39,954 nucleotides of DNA from Pseudomonadota bacterium (GCA_031380185.1 JANNFT010000418.1:1-39954); one strand, 5' to 3'. Shown: positions 26,744 through 36,417, counted from the stretch's first letter. Translations and numbers: made by a program. Notes: generated by a model not told the origin, from the letters alone.

Positions 26744-26934
26744 GTCCTCTGACCCCGTCCTCGCAAGGGACTGGCCATAGAATTAGGAAATCAGAACCGA
26801 TGCGATAAAGAGAGGCCTGACCCTGGCGTTTTTTAAGGCATCGCCAGAGCCCTCGCCGTTGCTGCTTCTCCCGCCATGTGCCGTCGATATCCGCGCCTCA
26901 TCTGCTTCGTGGCGCGTTGTCCTACGAAGAATTT

Positions 26935-28860
26935 TTACTTCGGCGCAATGGCGCGGCTCAGGGTTTCGCTGAGTTGTGTGATCACCACCGGCTTGTGCAA
27001 TAACATCAGTTTGCTCTCGCGCACTTCGCGCAATTGGTCTACTCCGGTATCGCCGGTCACCAGCACGGCGGGCATATTTGGTCTGGTGACCGCACGAATT
27101 TGCGCAATAGCATCGATGCCGTTCGCGCCGCCGCGTAGTCGATAGTCAGCGATAACCAAATCCGGTTGACGTTCCGATTGTTCAATTCCCGCTGTCGCTT
27201 CGTCTACGGTCGACGCGGCAATGACGTGGCAGCCCCAATCGGTCAGCAGCAGTTGCATCGCGTTAAGCACCGTTTGATCATCGTCCAGCACTACGATGCA
27301 GCGGCCGCGCAAATTCTTGATGTGCTGTTTTGTATTTTCTTTCGCATCCACCACTGAAGCCGCGGTTTCGCCACGCGGGACTGCGACGCTAAATATCGAC
27401 CCGCGGCCTACCGCCGAGCGCAGACGAACTTGGCAATCGAGGATTTTTTCGATGCCTTTCACAATCGCCAGGCCAAGTCCGAATCCTTTGGCGCGGTCAC
27501 GTTCGGGATTGTCAATTTGATAAAATTCCTGGAATATTTTTTCCTGCTCGTCGTGGGAGATACCACAGCCGTTATCGCGAACTTCAATACGCATGCGGCC
27601 ATCGCGTTGCTGCCGGCATGCCACCAGGACGACACCGCCTTCGGCGCAGTAGCGCACCGCGTTGGCAACGAAATTTCGCACCACGCGCTCGAGCAAAATC
27701 GGATCGCTGAATAGATTGGCGTTCGAGGCGCGAACGCGCAATGTGATATTTTTCTCAAGCGCCGGCGCTGTGTAATCGGTGCGCAACTTATCGAGTAATT
27801 GATTGGCGCGAAAATGAATTGGCATGGTCTCGACCACGCCCGCTTCAAAGCGCGAAATATCCAGCAGCGAGTTAAACAACGCCTGCAGGGCCTCGACGGA
27901 TGCGTTGATGTTGTCGACGATATTTCGTACTTCGGGATAATAGATGCGTTGGCGCAACGCTTCGGAAAATAATGCGATCGCCTGCAACGGCTGGCGTAGA
28001 TCGTGGCTGGCGGTCGCCAGAAATTGCGATTTGGCGCGGTTGGCAATTTCGGCATCTTCTTTAGCGCGTTGTGCTTCCCGGGTTGCGTATTCAGCCTTTT
28101 CGGTGGCCGATTCCGCAGCCTGTGTTTGCGCTTTGAGTAGCTCAATCAATTCGGTATTTTCGTAGCGGATCTTCAGCGTCTCGACGACAAAACGATTTTG
28201 CCGACGGGCGAATCCCAAGAACGACACCAGGAAGATCGTACAAATGGCGGCGATGAGCCAATGAATGGGTTCATGCATCACGGCATGGCGGACGATACTG
28301 GGCAGTACCAACGGGATGGCGAACGCATAAAACGCCGGCAAGTAATAGCCAATTACGGTCACACCGCCGGCGCAGATCGCAAACAGGCAGCCTAATAAGA
28401 ACATCTGCAGCGCGAGTGAATCCGGGACGAACATCAAAATACCGATACTGCCCCAGATGGCGCCTGCGCCGGAGGAGCCCATCACAAATCGGCGTTTCCA
28501 ATGGTTAATCGCATCGATTGGCGGTTGTTGCCGATTGAATACGACGGACCAATAGGCGCGAATGCCGGTCGCGCCGAAAAGTACCGCAAGCCAACCCAGT
28601 AACAGTGCATGGGAAATTTCTTGCCACATAACGGCAACCACCAAGATGCCGCCGAAAAATGGAGGAATCGCGCCAGGTAGGTATTCGCGATAGGCGTAAA
28701 CGATTTGATCATGGAGCAATTCGCGCTCGCGTCCGGAGGCGGTCAAGTTACTGGAGTGCGATTCCAGATGAGTTGTGGCAACTACGCCGGAGTTGAGGGA
28801 AAACGAACGCAACGCTATTGCCTTAGCCCGGCGTGCTTGTCTGGCACGGATCGGAGCCAC
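26935..28860 (-). CDS. hybrid sensor histidine kinase / response regulator (multi-TM sensor, HisKA, HATPase, REC)
   Basis: About 6 TM segments at the N-terminus. H-box SHDLRQPLQAI, plus N, G1 and G2 boxes (DNGCGI, GFGLGLAI). C-terminal receiver VVLDDD...ADYRL...LHKP. The start is uncertain: the ATG at 28860 overlaps the upstream gene, and a TTG at 28812 is an alternative. Confidence 0.88.
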   Translation of the reverse strand: MAPIRARQARRAKAIALRSFSLNSGVVATTHLESHSSNLTASGRERELLHDQIVYAYREYLPGAIPPFFGGILVVAVMWQEISHALLLGWLAVLFGATGIRAYWSVVFNRQQPPIDAINHWKRRFVMGSSGAGAIWGSIGILMFVPDSLALQMFLLGCLFAICAGGVTVIGYYLPAFYAFAIPLVLPSIVRHAVMHEPIHWLIAAICTIFLVSFLGFARRQNRFVVETLKIRYENTELIELLKAQTQAAESATEKAEYATREAQRAKEDAEIANRAKSQFLATASHDLRQPLQAIALFSEALRQRIYYPEVRNIVDNINASVEALQALFNSLLDISRFEAGVVETMPIHFRANQLLDKLRTDYTAPALEKNITLRVRASNANLFSDPILLERVVRNFVANAVRYCAEGGVVLVACRQQRDGRMRIEVRDNGCGISHDEQEKIFQEFYQIDNPERDRAKGFGLGLAIVKGIEKILDCQVRLRSAVGRGSIFSVAVPRGETAASVVDAKENTKQHIKNLRGRCIVVLDDDQTVLNAMQLLLTDWGCHVIAASTVDEATAGIEQSERQPDLVIADYRLRGGANGIDAIAQIRAVTRPNMPAVLVTGDTGVDQLREVRESKLMLLHKPVVITQLSETLSRAIAPK

Positions 28861-29506
28861 GGTTCTCGTTGATTTGGGGCGAGGTCAGGTGCGATGCCAG
28901 CGCGCAGAGCTTTGCGATTGACGTGGCGTTCGGAAAAAAATCCGGATCTTGCACCAGGTCTAGGATTTGTTCCGCCCAGTCCTGCGCGCTTAACCAACCG
29001 GTATCGGCAACGAGGTCAAAATTTTCGGCGCGATTGGGAGAATCGATCCTAAAACAAGTCTCCAGAATCCAGTCGGTCTGGCGATCTTTGCGGTTAATTT
29101 CTTGCAGCGCTTCGGCTTCACTGCAGCCGTTCGCCGCCGAAAAATTCCGCGCGCGTTGCGTTACCGGTGCGCGCACCCGAATGCGCGGGATATGGCTGAT
29201 TCCAGCCAACAGATGTGGGGCATAGGGACTATGAATCAACATGCTATTTTTTCGTGCGAGAAACATAATTTCCGCAGAGATTATCTTCCCAATTTCGTGC
29301 TGTCGCCAGTTGTTTTCTTGCGCGGCGCCGGCCAACGCTTGCGGCGTCGGGCATTCCGGTAAGGAAAAGCCATGTTGTGCGAGCCTATCCAGTACGTTGC
29401 TATGGTCCAGCATTGATAGCCCAAGGCGCCGCGCAACACGATTGGCGATATCGGGTCCTTCACTGCCGGTTTCCGAAACGATGACGATAACAGGCATGAT
29501 TTTCAA
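28823..29506 (-). CDS. cytidylate kinase-like family (PF13189-type) protein with a degenerate P-loop
   Basis: IVIVSETGSEGPDIANRVARRLGL stands where the family has I.ISR..GSGG..IA..LA..LG. Also RIRVRAPVTQRARN, EINRKDRQTDW and NFDLVADTG. Confidence 0.6.
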   Translation of the reverse strand: MKIMPVIVIVSETGSEGPDIANRVARRLGLSMLDHSNVLDRLAQHGFSLPECPTPQALAGAAQENNWRQHEIGKIISAEIMFLARKNSMLIHSPYAPHLLAGISHIPRIRVRAPVTQRARNFSAANGCSEAEALQEINRKDRQTDWILETCFRIDSPNRAENFDLVADTGWLSAQDWAEQILDLVQDPDFFPNATSIAKLCALASHLTSPQINENRGSDPCQTSTPG

Positions 29507-29586
29507 ATAGGTATTGTGAATCAGTGTTATGCCATAGCACCCTGGCGCTTCCTATACCTCTTATGGCCGATCCAGATATGAACTAT

Positions 29587-29642
29587 TACTTTCGATATAG
29601 GCCAAAAGTAGTAGTACCTTCGACATAGGCCAGAAGTTGTAG
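29587..29642. promoter_or_regulatory. 2 x 28-nt tandem direct repeat in the divergent kinase promoter region (candidate regulator binding sites)
   Basis: TACTTTCGATATAGGCCAAAAGTAGTAG followed by TACCTTCGACATAGGCCAGAAGTTGTAG, identical at 23 of 28 positions. A third TATGGCC lies at 29562-29568. Confidence 0.45.
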
Positions 29643-29754
29643 TCCCCGAAAATACCTTGACGCGTTAATTGCGCTACTCAATAGTACGATTTATCCAAGC
29701 AACGCGATTGACGCTTACGATAATGCTATTTTTTCGACATGCAGGCTTCGAGCC

Positions 29755-31332
29755 ATGAATTTCGGCGGCATTCGCACTCGCATACTGGTGATCGCATTGT
29801 TGCCTGCGTTCATCATGGCAATTGTGCTTGGACTTTGGTTCGTGATGGCCGGTTGGCACGTCATTCTCTTGTCCGAGTGGAAAACCCACGGTGGTGTTTC
29901 CGGGTGGGGTTGGGCGGTCGGATTGAGCGGTCTTTGTCTGTTGTTTGGCGCGCTGGCGGCGCGCAAGATCGGCGGTCAAATCGCGGCGCCGATTACAAAC
30001 TTGGCGCGCGCCGTCGCGCGCATCGGTAAAGGCGATTTTGATGTGCGGTTAGCGTCCGATTCGGGCGGCGAGTTGGCGCTGCTTGAATCCGGCATTGCCG
30101 ACATGGCGGCCAAGCTCAAGCAGGGTCAGGCGCTTTTAGAACAACGCATCGAAGAGGCTACGCGTTTGCTTACGGCGCAAAAAGAAGAAGCGGAGCGCGC
30201 CAATCTGGCAAAATCTCGTTTCCTGGCTGCCGCAACGCACGATTTGCGCCAACCCATGCACGCGTTGACGCTGTTCGTCGCTGCGTTAAAGGAGCGTATT
30301 CACTATCCCGAAGTGAGTCGAATCGTTCACAACATCGAATCTTCTGTCACGGCGATGCAGGGGATGTTCAACGCGTTACTTGATATTTCTCGCTTGGATG
30401 CGGGCGTATTACAAGCGCATCCGCGCGATTTTCATTTGCAGGCATTGTTCGATCGCTTGATATTGGACTTTTCGCCGCACGCGATGGAAAAACAGATTCG
30501 ACTCAGTATCGTGCCGACGCGAGCCATTGTGCGCACCGATCCGGTGCTGCTGGAGCGTATCCTGATGAATCTGATTTCCAACGGCATTCGCTATACCGTC
30601 GAAGGCGGCGTCGTAGTCGGGTGCCGCCGCGCCAAGGGCGGTTTGCGCATCGAAGTCTGGGACAGTGGTAAAGGCATTCCAGGACATCGGCAAAAAGAAA
30701 TTTTTCAGGAATTCGTGCAACTTAATAATCCGGAGCGTGATCGCAACAAGGGTCTCGGGTTGGGGTTGGCGATCGTCGAGCGGATGGCGCGTTTGCTGGG
30801 CACTCGAGTCGAAATCAAGTCTATCGAGAACAAAGGCTCGGTATTTTCCATTAAAGTTCCGCGCGGAAATGCAAAACGCGTGATTGAAAAGCCGGCGCCC
30901 GGCGGCGCCATCCGGCGTGGCGAAATTAAGGGCGCGTTGGTGGCGTTTGTTGACGACGAGGCGACTATTCTGGAAGGCATGGAAGTCTTGCTGCGCGACT
31001 GGGGCTGCGAGCCAGTTATCGCCGCCAATGGCATGGGCGCATTGGCGGCGCTGGTCGCGGCCGGACGCCCGCCGGATATCATCGTCAGCGACTATCGCTT
31101 ACGCGAACAAGAAAATGGCATCGATGTCATCGCGCAAATTCGCGAGCACTACAATTTAGATATTCCTGCCGTGTTAGTCAGCGGCGACACCGGGCCGGAA
31201 TTGTTGCGCGAAGCCAAGGCGAAGGGCTTGCGAATCTTGCACAAGCCGGTGCGACCGGCAAAATTGCGCGCGCTGATCGAGCAACTAATACAGCCGTCAT
31301 CCGGCGAAATCGGCGCAGCGGGTTACCAATAA
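29755..31332 (+). CDS. hybrid sensor histidine kinase / response regulator (2 TM, HAMP, HisKA, HATPase, REC)
   Basis: H-box THDLRQPMHAL, plus DSGKGI, GLGLGLAI and receiver FVDDE...SDYRL...LHKP. Clear paralog of 26935..28860 across the kinase and receiver regions. Confidence 0.88.
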   Translation: MNFGGIRTRILVIALLPAFIMAIVLGLWFVMAGWHVILLSEWKTHGGVSGWGWAVGLSGLCLLFGALAARKIGGQIAAPITNLARAVARIGKGDFDVRLASDSGGELALLESGIADMAAKLKQGQALLEQRIEEATRLLTAQKEEAERANLAKSRFLAAATHDLRQPMHALTLFVAALKERIHYPEVSRIVHNIESSVTAMQGMFNALLDISRLDAGVLQAHPRDFHLQALFDRLILDFSPHAMEKQIRLSIVPTRAIVRTDPVLLERILMNLISNGIRYTVEGGVVVGCRRAKGGLRIEVWDSGKGIPGHRQKEIFQEFVQLNNPERDRNKGLGLGLAIVERMARLLGTRVEIKSIENKGSVFSIKVPRGNAKRVIEKPAPGGAIRRGEIKGALVAFVDDEATILEGMEVLLRDWGCEPVIAANGMGALAALVAAGRPPDIIVSDYRLREQENGIDVIAQIREHYNLDIPAVLVSGDTGPELLREAKAKGLRILHKPVRPAKLRALIEQLIQPSSGEIGAAGYQ

Positions 31333-31396
31333 ACGGCTCGTTAGCGCAGCAGCCGCATCGATCGCGGCAGGGCCGCTTAGCCGCGCCAAATCAGTT

Positions 31397-34294
31397 TCAT
31401 AGTGCCATCTCTAAAACGCGCGCAACGTGCACAGCCTGCCTTCCGGCGCCGTCGCGAATTTGCTGCCGGCAGCTCACGCCGTCGGCGACAATGGTGGTGT
31501 GTTTGTCGCTGGCGCGAACGGCCGGAAGTAGATTGAGTTCGGCCATCTGCATTGAAATGTCAAAGTGATTCGCATCAAAACCAAACGAGCCGGCCATCCC
31601 ACAGCAGCCCGATTGGATCGTTTCCATTTTCAACTCTGGAATTAAACCCAACACACCCTCGACGGCCCCCATCACGCCGAAAGCCTTTTGGTGGCAGTGG
31701 CCGTGCAGTAGTACTTGTGGTGGATTTATCGGATACAGCGTCAAATCTAATTGTCCTTTTTGATGCTCCTGATATAAAAACTCTTCGAACGTGAGCGCGT
31801 GCTTCGCCAAGTGTTCGGCATCGGCGTTGCTCAATAATGCCGGAAATTCGTCACGCAATGTGAACACACAGGATGGCTCGAGCCCGATAATGGGAATGCC
31901 TTGTTCGACGTAGGGTAGCATCGCCGCGACTAAGCGTTGCGCTTCCTGTTTCGCTTTATCGGCCAGCCCGACGCTCAAAAAAGTTCGCCCGCAACACAGC
32001 GGTCGACTGCTATCGGCGGCGTGCGCAATGTGCGCGTGGTAGCCAGCGGCGCGCAGTACTCGCAGCGCGGCGCGCGCGTTCTCCGGCTCGAAATAACTGT
32101 TGAACGTATCGACGAATAGGACCACGTCGCGACCGCTAATAACCGGCGCTCGCGGCGCTCTGTTTAGGCGAAAGTAATCGGATCGCCAACGCGGCAATGG
32201 CCGGCGTGCGCTTAGGCCCAGGTATTTCTCGCTCCAATGCGCAAGGCGCGGAATGCTATTGCGCAGATTAAGCAGGCCGCTAATTTTAGTTGCATACGGC
32301 GCGTAGCGCGGAAGGTAGGCGATCAGCTTGTCCTTGATCGACAAGCCGTGGCGTTGCTGCTGCTGATGTAAATATTCGATTTTCATCTTTGCCATGTCGA
32401 CGCCGGTCGGACACTCGCGCTTGCAGCCCTTGCACGACACACACAGATCGAAACTTTCGCGCAGCGCATCCGACGCCATGGCGTGGGCGCCGAGTTGGCC
32501 GGACAATGCCAGGCGCAGGGTGTTGGCGCGGCCGCGGGTGGAATGTTGCTCGTCGAGCGTGACCCGATAGGACGGGCACATTACGTCGGCGTCGAACTTG
32601 CGGCAGTGGCCGTTGTTGTTGCACATTTCCGCGGCATGAGCGATGGAGCCGTGGTCGGACCAATCGAGCGCGGACTTGATTTCGATATGTCGATAGCCGG
32701 GCTTAAAGCGGAATAGGCTGCGATCGTCTTGCTTACTTGGGTTGACGATCTTGCCAGGATTCATCAAGCCAAGTGGATCGAACAGTTGTTTCACTTGCGC
32801 CAACGCGGTGGTCAAACGCGGCCCGAAGAACGGCGCGATCCATTCACTGCGCACCAAGCCATCGCCGTGTTCACCAGAATAGACGCCTTTGTATTTGCGC
32901 ACCAACTCGCAAGCCTCCGCGGCTATGGCGCGCATTTTCTGCGCGCCGTCTTGTTTCATATTGAGGATCGGCCGAACGTGCAACGTACCGACGCTGGCGT
33001 GGGCATACCAGGTGCCGCGCGTGCCGTGCTTCTCGAAAACTTGTGTGAGACGTTGCGTGTAATCGGCGAGATGCTCCAGCGGCACGCAGCAATCCTCGAT
33101 GAAGCTCACCGGCTTGCCGTCGCCCTTCATGCTCATCATGATATTGAGGCCGGCTTTGCGCACGTCCCACAAGGATTTCTGTTGTTTCGCATCCTTGAGT
33201 TTGACTACGCTGTCGGGCAAGCCCAAATCGGCGAGCAGCGCGGCGAGTTCCTCGAGTTTGCGAGTTTGTTCCGCGGCGTTATCTCCGGAAAACTCGACCA
33301 ACAGAATCGCATCCGGCGCGCCGATCAACGCGGCGTCGATGATCGGTTGAAACGACGGATTGTTCCGCGCCAGATCGATCATCGTGCGATCGACTAACTC
33401 TACGGCGCTCGGATCGAGTTTGACGATGTGCTGGGTTAATTCCATCGCCCGGTAGAAAGTCGGAAAGTTCACCACGCCCAACGTTTTGTGCGTCGGCAGC
33501 GGCGAAAGTTTGAGCCTGAGGCGCTTGAAATAAGCCAGCGTGCCTTCGCTGCCGACCAGTAAATGCGCCATGTTTGGCCGTTCGGTGTTGTAACGCAGCG
33601 GATCCTGCGGCTCGAAAATATCTAAGTTGTAGCCTGCCACACGCCGCGGCAAGCGCGGGAAACGTGCGCGAATTTCGTAGGCCTCGCGCGTGGCGATGGC
33701 GCGGAAACCCGCGACGATTTCAGCGTAGCGGCCGGTCGTCGTCGCATCATCCAATTCGGAAAACCACGCGACATTGCCGTCGGACAGTATCGCCTCGATA
33801 CCTTTGACGTTGTGCACCATGTTGCCGTAACGAATCGATCGGCTACCGCAGGAGTTGTTACCCGCCATGCCGCCGAGCGTGGCTTGCGCGCTGGTGGATA
33901 CATCCACCGGATACCATAGCCCGTAGGGTTTCAAAAAGCCGTTGAGTTGATCGAGTACGACGCCGGGCTGCACATCGATTTGCGTTGCGCCCGGCTCGAA
34001 TTCAAAAATGCGATTGAGATACTTGCTGTTATCGATAACCAGCGCCGCGCCGACGCTCTGGCCGCATTGAGACGTTCCGGCGCCACGCGGCAATATCGGG
34101 ATATTCTCTTCACGCGCGATTTGCAGCGCGATAGCGGCGTCTTGCTCGGTTTTTGGCGCCACGACGCCGAGCGGATCGATCTGATAAATCGATGCGTCCG
34201 TGGCATAACGTCCACGCGACGCGGCGTCGAATAAGACGTCGCCCTCTATTTCTCGCCTAAGCCGTTCGGCTAAGTTGGATTGAACAGTCTGCAT
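31397..34294 (-). CDS. ydiJ: FAD-linked oxidase fused to a GlcF-like Fe-S/CCG module (YdiJ-type, D-2-hydroxyacid dehydrogenase-like)
   Basis: 965 aa. N-terminal FAD_binding_4 (PRGAGTSQCGQ). Middle CxxCxxCxxxCP cluster (CVSCKGCKRECP). C-terminal CCG repeats (CCGRTF, CCGMAGSFG). Confidence 0.85.
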   Translation of the reverse strand: MQTVQSNLAERLRREIEGDVLFDAASRGRYATDASIYQIDPLGVVAPKTEQDAAIALQIAREENIPILPRGAGTSQCGQSVGAALVIDNSKYLNRIFEFEPGATQIDVQPGVVLDQLNGFLKPYGLWYPVDVSTSAQATLGGMAGNNSCGSRSIRYGNMVHNVKGIEAILSDGNVAWFSELDDATTTGRYAEIVAGFRAIATREAYEIRARFPRLPRRVAGYNLDIFEPQDPLRYNTERPNMAHLLVGSEGTLAYFKRLRLKLSPLPTHKTLGVVNFPTFYRAMELTQHIVKLDPSAVELVDRTMIDLARNNPSFQPIIDAALIGAPDAILLVEFSGDNAAEQTRKLEELAALLADLGLPDSVVKLKDAKQQKSLWDVRKAGLNIMMSMKGDGKPVSFIEDCCVPLEHLADYTQRLTQVFEKHGTRGTWYAHASVGTLHVRPILNMKQDGAQKMRAIAAEACELVRKYKGVYSGEHGDGLVRSEWIAPFFGPRLTTALAQVKQLFDPLGLMNPGKIVNPSKQDDRSLFRFKPGYRHIEIKSALDWSDHGSIAHAAEMCNNNGHCRKFDADVMCPSYRVTLDEQHSTRGRANTLRLALSGQLGAHAMASDALRESFDLCVSCKGCKRECPTGVDMAKMKIEYLHQQQQRHGLSIKDKLIAYLPRYAPYATKISGLLNLRNSIPRLAHWSEKYLGLSARRPLPRWRSDYFRLNRAPRAPVISGRDVVLFVDTFNSYFEPENARAALRVLRAAGYHAHIAHAADSSRPLCCGRTFLSVGLADKAKQEAQRLVAAMLPYVEQGIPIIGLEPSCVFTLRDEFPALLSNADAEHLAKHALTFEEFLYQEHQKGQLDLTLYPINPPQVLLHGHCHQKAFGVMGAVEGVLGLIPELKMETIQSGCCGMAGSFGFDANHFDISMQMAELNLLPAVRASDKHTTIVADGVSCRQQIRDGAGRQAVHVARVLEMAL

Positions 34295-34338
34295 TGAGCG
34301 ATAATATCACCGGGCAATCCAACTACAGAGCGAATTTC

Positions 34339-35508
34339 ATGCGCTATCCCAGCGGCCGGCATTTTCTGCAGATTCCTGGTCCGACCAATGTGCCAGACCG
34401 CGTTTTGCGCGCGATGGATCGGCCCACCATCGATCATCGCGGCCCTGAGTTTCAACAGCTCGGCTTCGACGTATTGGCCGGGATGCAACAAATCTTTCAA
34501 ACCAAAAATCCAGTCATAATTTATCCTGCCTCGGGCACCGGAGCGTGGGAAGCCGCGCTGGTGAATACACTGTCCCCTAAGGACAAAGTCCTGATGTATG
34601 AAACCGGTCATTTTGCAGCGCTTTGGTGTGATATGGCGCGACGTCTCGGCTTGGAAATCGAACTTGTGCTCGGCGATTGGCGTAGTGGTGTCGATGCGAG
34701 CGACGTCGAACGGCGCATGAGCGAAGATCACGATCGCAGTATCAAGGCCGTCGCCATCGTCCACAACGAAACATCGACCGGCGTCACCACCAACATCGCC
34801 TCGATCCGCGCAGCAATCGATGGCGCCGGGCATCCGGCGCTGTTGCTGGTCGATACGATTTCGTCCCTTGCATCGATTGACTTTCGCCACGATGCGTGGG
34901 GCGTAGACGTCAGCGTCGGTGGCTCGCAAAAAGGCTTGATGTTGCCGCCGGGATTAAGCTTTAACGCTATCTCCAACAAAGCTTTGGCGGCAAGTCAAGC
35001 ATCGACGCTGGCAAAGTCTTACTGGGACTGGGAGCCGATGCTAACGGCGAACAAGAACGGATTTTTCCCATACACGCCGGCGACAAATTTATTGTTTGGA
35101 TTGCGCGAAGCGATCACGATGCTAAGCGGCGAAAGCCTGGAAAATGTCTTCGCCCGTCATATCCGCCACGCCGAGGCAACGCGCCGCGCCGCCCGTGCGT
35201 GGGGTCTCGAAGTGCTGTGCAAAAATCCGCGCGAATACAGCCCCAGTCTCACCGCGCTATTGATGCCCGCAGGGCACGACGCCGACGCGATGAGAAAAAT
35301 CATACTCGAGCGCTTCGACATGTCCTTAGGCATGGGGCTCGGACGGCTCGCCGGCAAAATTTTTCGCATCGGGCATCTGGGTTATTTTAATGATTTGATG
35401 TTGGCGGGCACCCTCTCCGGCATCGAGATGGGATTGATCGCGGTAAACGCGCCGATCGAAACCGGCGGGGTGAGTGCGGCGCTAAGTTTTCTCGTTGAGA
35501 GAAAATAA
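34339..35508 (+). CDS. class V PLP aminotransferase (serine/alanine-glyoxylate aminotransferase type)
   Basis: GRHFLQIPGPTNVPDRVLRAM, HNETSTGV and the GGSQKGL PLP lysine motif. The start is set at the ATG at 34339; the ORF opens with a TTG at 34294, abutting the ydiJ start. Confidence 0.85.
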   Translation: MRYPSGRHFLQIPGPTNVPDRVLRAMDRPTIDHRGPEFQQLGFDVLAGMQQIFQTKNPVIIYPASGTGAWEAALVNTLSPKDKVLMYETGHFAALWCDMARRLGLEIELVLGDWRSGVDASDVERRMSEDHDRSIKAVAIVHNETSTGVTTNIASIRAAIDGAGHPALLLVDTISSLASIDFRHDAWGVDVSVGGSQKGLMLPPGLSFNAISNKALAASQASTLAKSYWDWEPMLTANKNGFFPYTPATNLLFGLREAITMLSGESLENVFARHIRHAEATRRAARAWGLEVLCKNPREYSPSLTALLMPAGHDADAMRKIILERFDMSLGMGLGRLAGKIFRIGHLGYFNDLMLAGTLSGIEMGLIAVNAPIETGGVSAALSFLVERK

Positions 35509-35636
35509 AAGAAAACTCGCGTTATGCCTTGTAATCCAGTATAACGCCACAATATCTATTCATCGATCATGTCTTTGGGATCGCCCTCGCGTATCACCTC
35601 TCGGTGCCACCCCGGTCTAATTCCATCGTCCTGCTC

Positions 35637-35777
35637 GAGAAGCTCTGAATTATTGCGAGTTCTAAGCGAGACAACGCGCGAACAAAAAATATCGACTTAG
35701 TATAGTGGGAAAATACTGAGATATTTTCTGCGCGCAACGCAGTGGCGCAATGAAATCGGAATAATTCAGAGCTTCTC
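35637..35777. repeat. 18-nt perfect inverted repeat pair enclosing 105 nt, upstream of csp
   Basis: GAGAAGCTCTGAATTATT at 35637-35654 and AATAATTCAGAGCTTCTC at 35760-35777. No flanking direct duplication was seen. Confidence 0.8.
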
Positions 35778-35828
35778 TAGATGCTTGGCGCAATCCTGCG
35801 CTAGGCCACGCCTTATTCGGAGGACATT

Positions 35829-36035
35829 ATGTCGACCGGCACCGTTAAATTTTTCAATGCAGCAAAGGGTTTTGGTTTTATTCAACAAGATGATGGTTCG
35901 AAGGACGTATTCGTCCATATCTCCGCCGTTGAGCGTGCCGGTTTAGGCACCCTCAACGAAAACGACAAACTAACGTTCGACCTTGAAAAAGGCGACAACG
36001 GCAAGATTGCCGCGGTTAATCTGAAAAAAGCCTGA
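35829..36035 (+). CDS. CspA-family cold-shock protein
   Basis: GTVKFFNAAKGFGFI (RNP1) and DVFVHISAV (RNP2). Confidence 0.95.
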   Translation: MSTGTVKFFNAAKGFGFIQQDDGSKDVFVHISAVERAGLGTLNENDKLTFDLEKGDNGKIAAVNLKKA

Positions 36036-36039
36036 GTTT

Positions 36040-36090
36040 TCATAACCGGGCGCCTCGTGTCCGGTTATGAATACCGTGTTTTCTATTTGT
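36040..36090 (+). terminator. putative intrinsic terminator after csp
   Basis: Perfect 10-bp stem TCATAACCGG/CCGGTTATGA with an 11-nt loop, followed by a moderately T-rich tract (GTGTTTTCTATTTG). Confidence 0.55.
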
Positions 36091-36150
36091 TCCCGCCCGC
36101 CGGCAACCGGCGGTGTGCGGCTGTTTTATTACGCATGAAAGGCTATAAAC

Positions 36151-36417
36151 TTGGCAAAGGAAGAAACGATTGAGATGGAAGGAATGGTCAGCGAGGTTTT
36201 GCGCAACACCCAATTTCGTGTCACGCTGAGCAACGGAGTGGAAATCACCGCCCACGCTTCCGGCAAAATGCGGCAACACCGTATTCGGATTTTGGCCGGC
36301 GATAAAGTCACGTTAGAGATGTCGCCCTACGATCTCTCAAAGGGTCGAATCAATTTCCGCCATAAAGATGAAGCTGCGGCAGGCCGGATGGCGCCGCGTC
36401 GACCCTTCAAGCGCTAG
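36151..36417 (+). CDS. infA: translation initiation factor IF-1 (TTG start, about 16-aa C-terminal extension)
   Basis: [69 protein letters not shown]. Confidence 0.9.
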   Translation: MAKEETIEMEGMVSEVLRNTQFRVTLSNGVEITAHASGKMRQHRIRILAGDKVTLEMSPYDLSKGRINFRHKDEAAAGRMAPRRPFKR

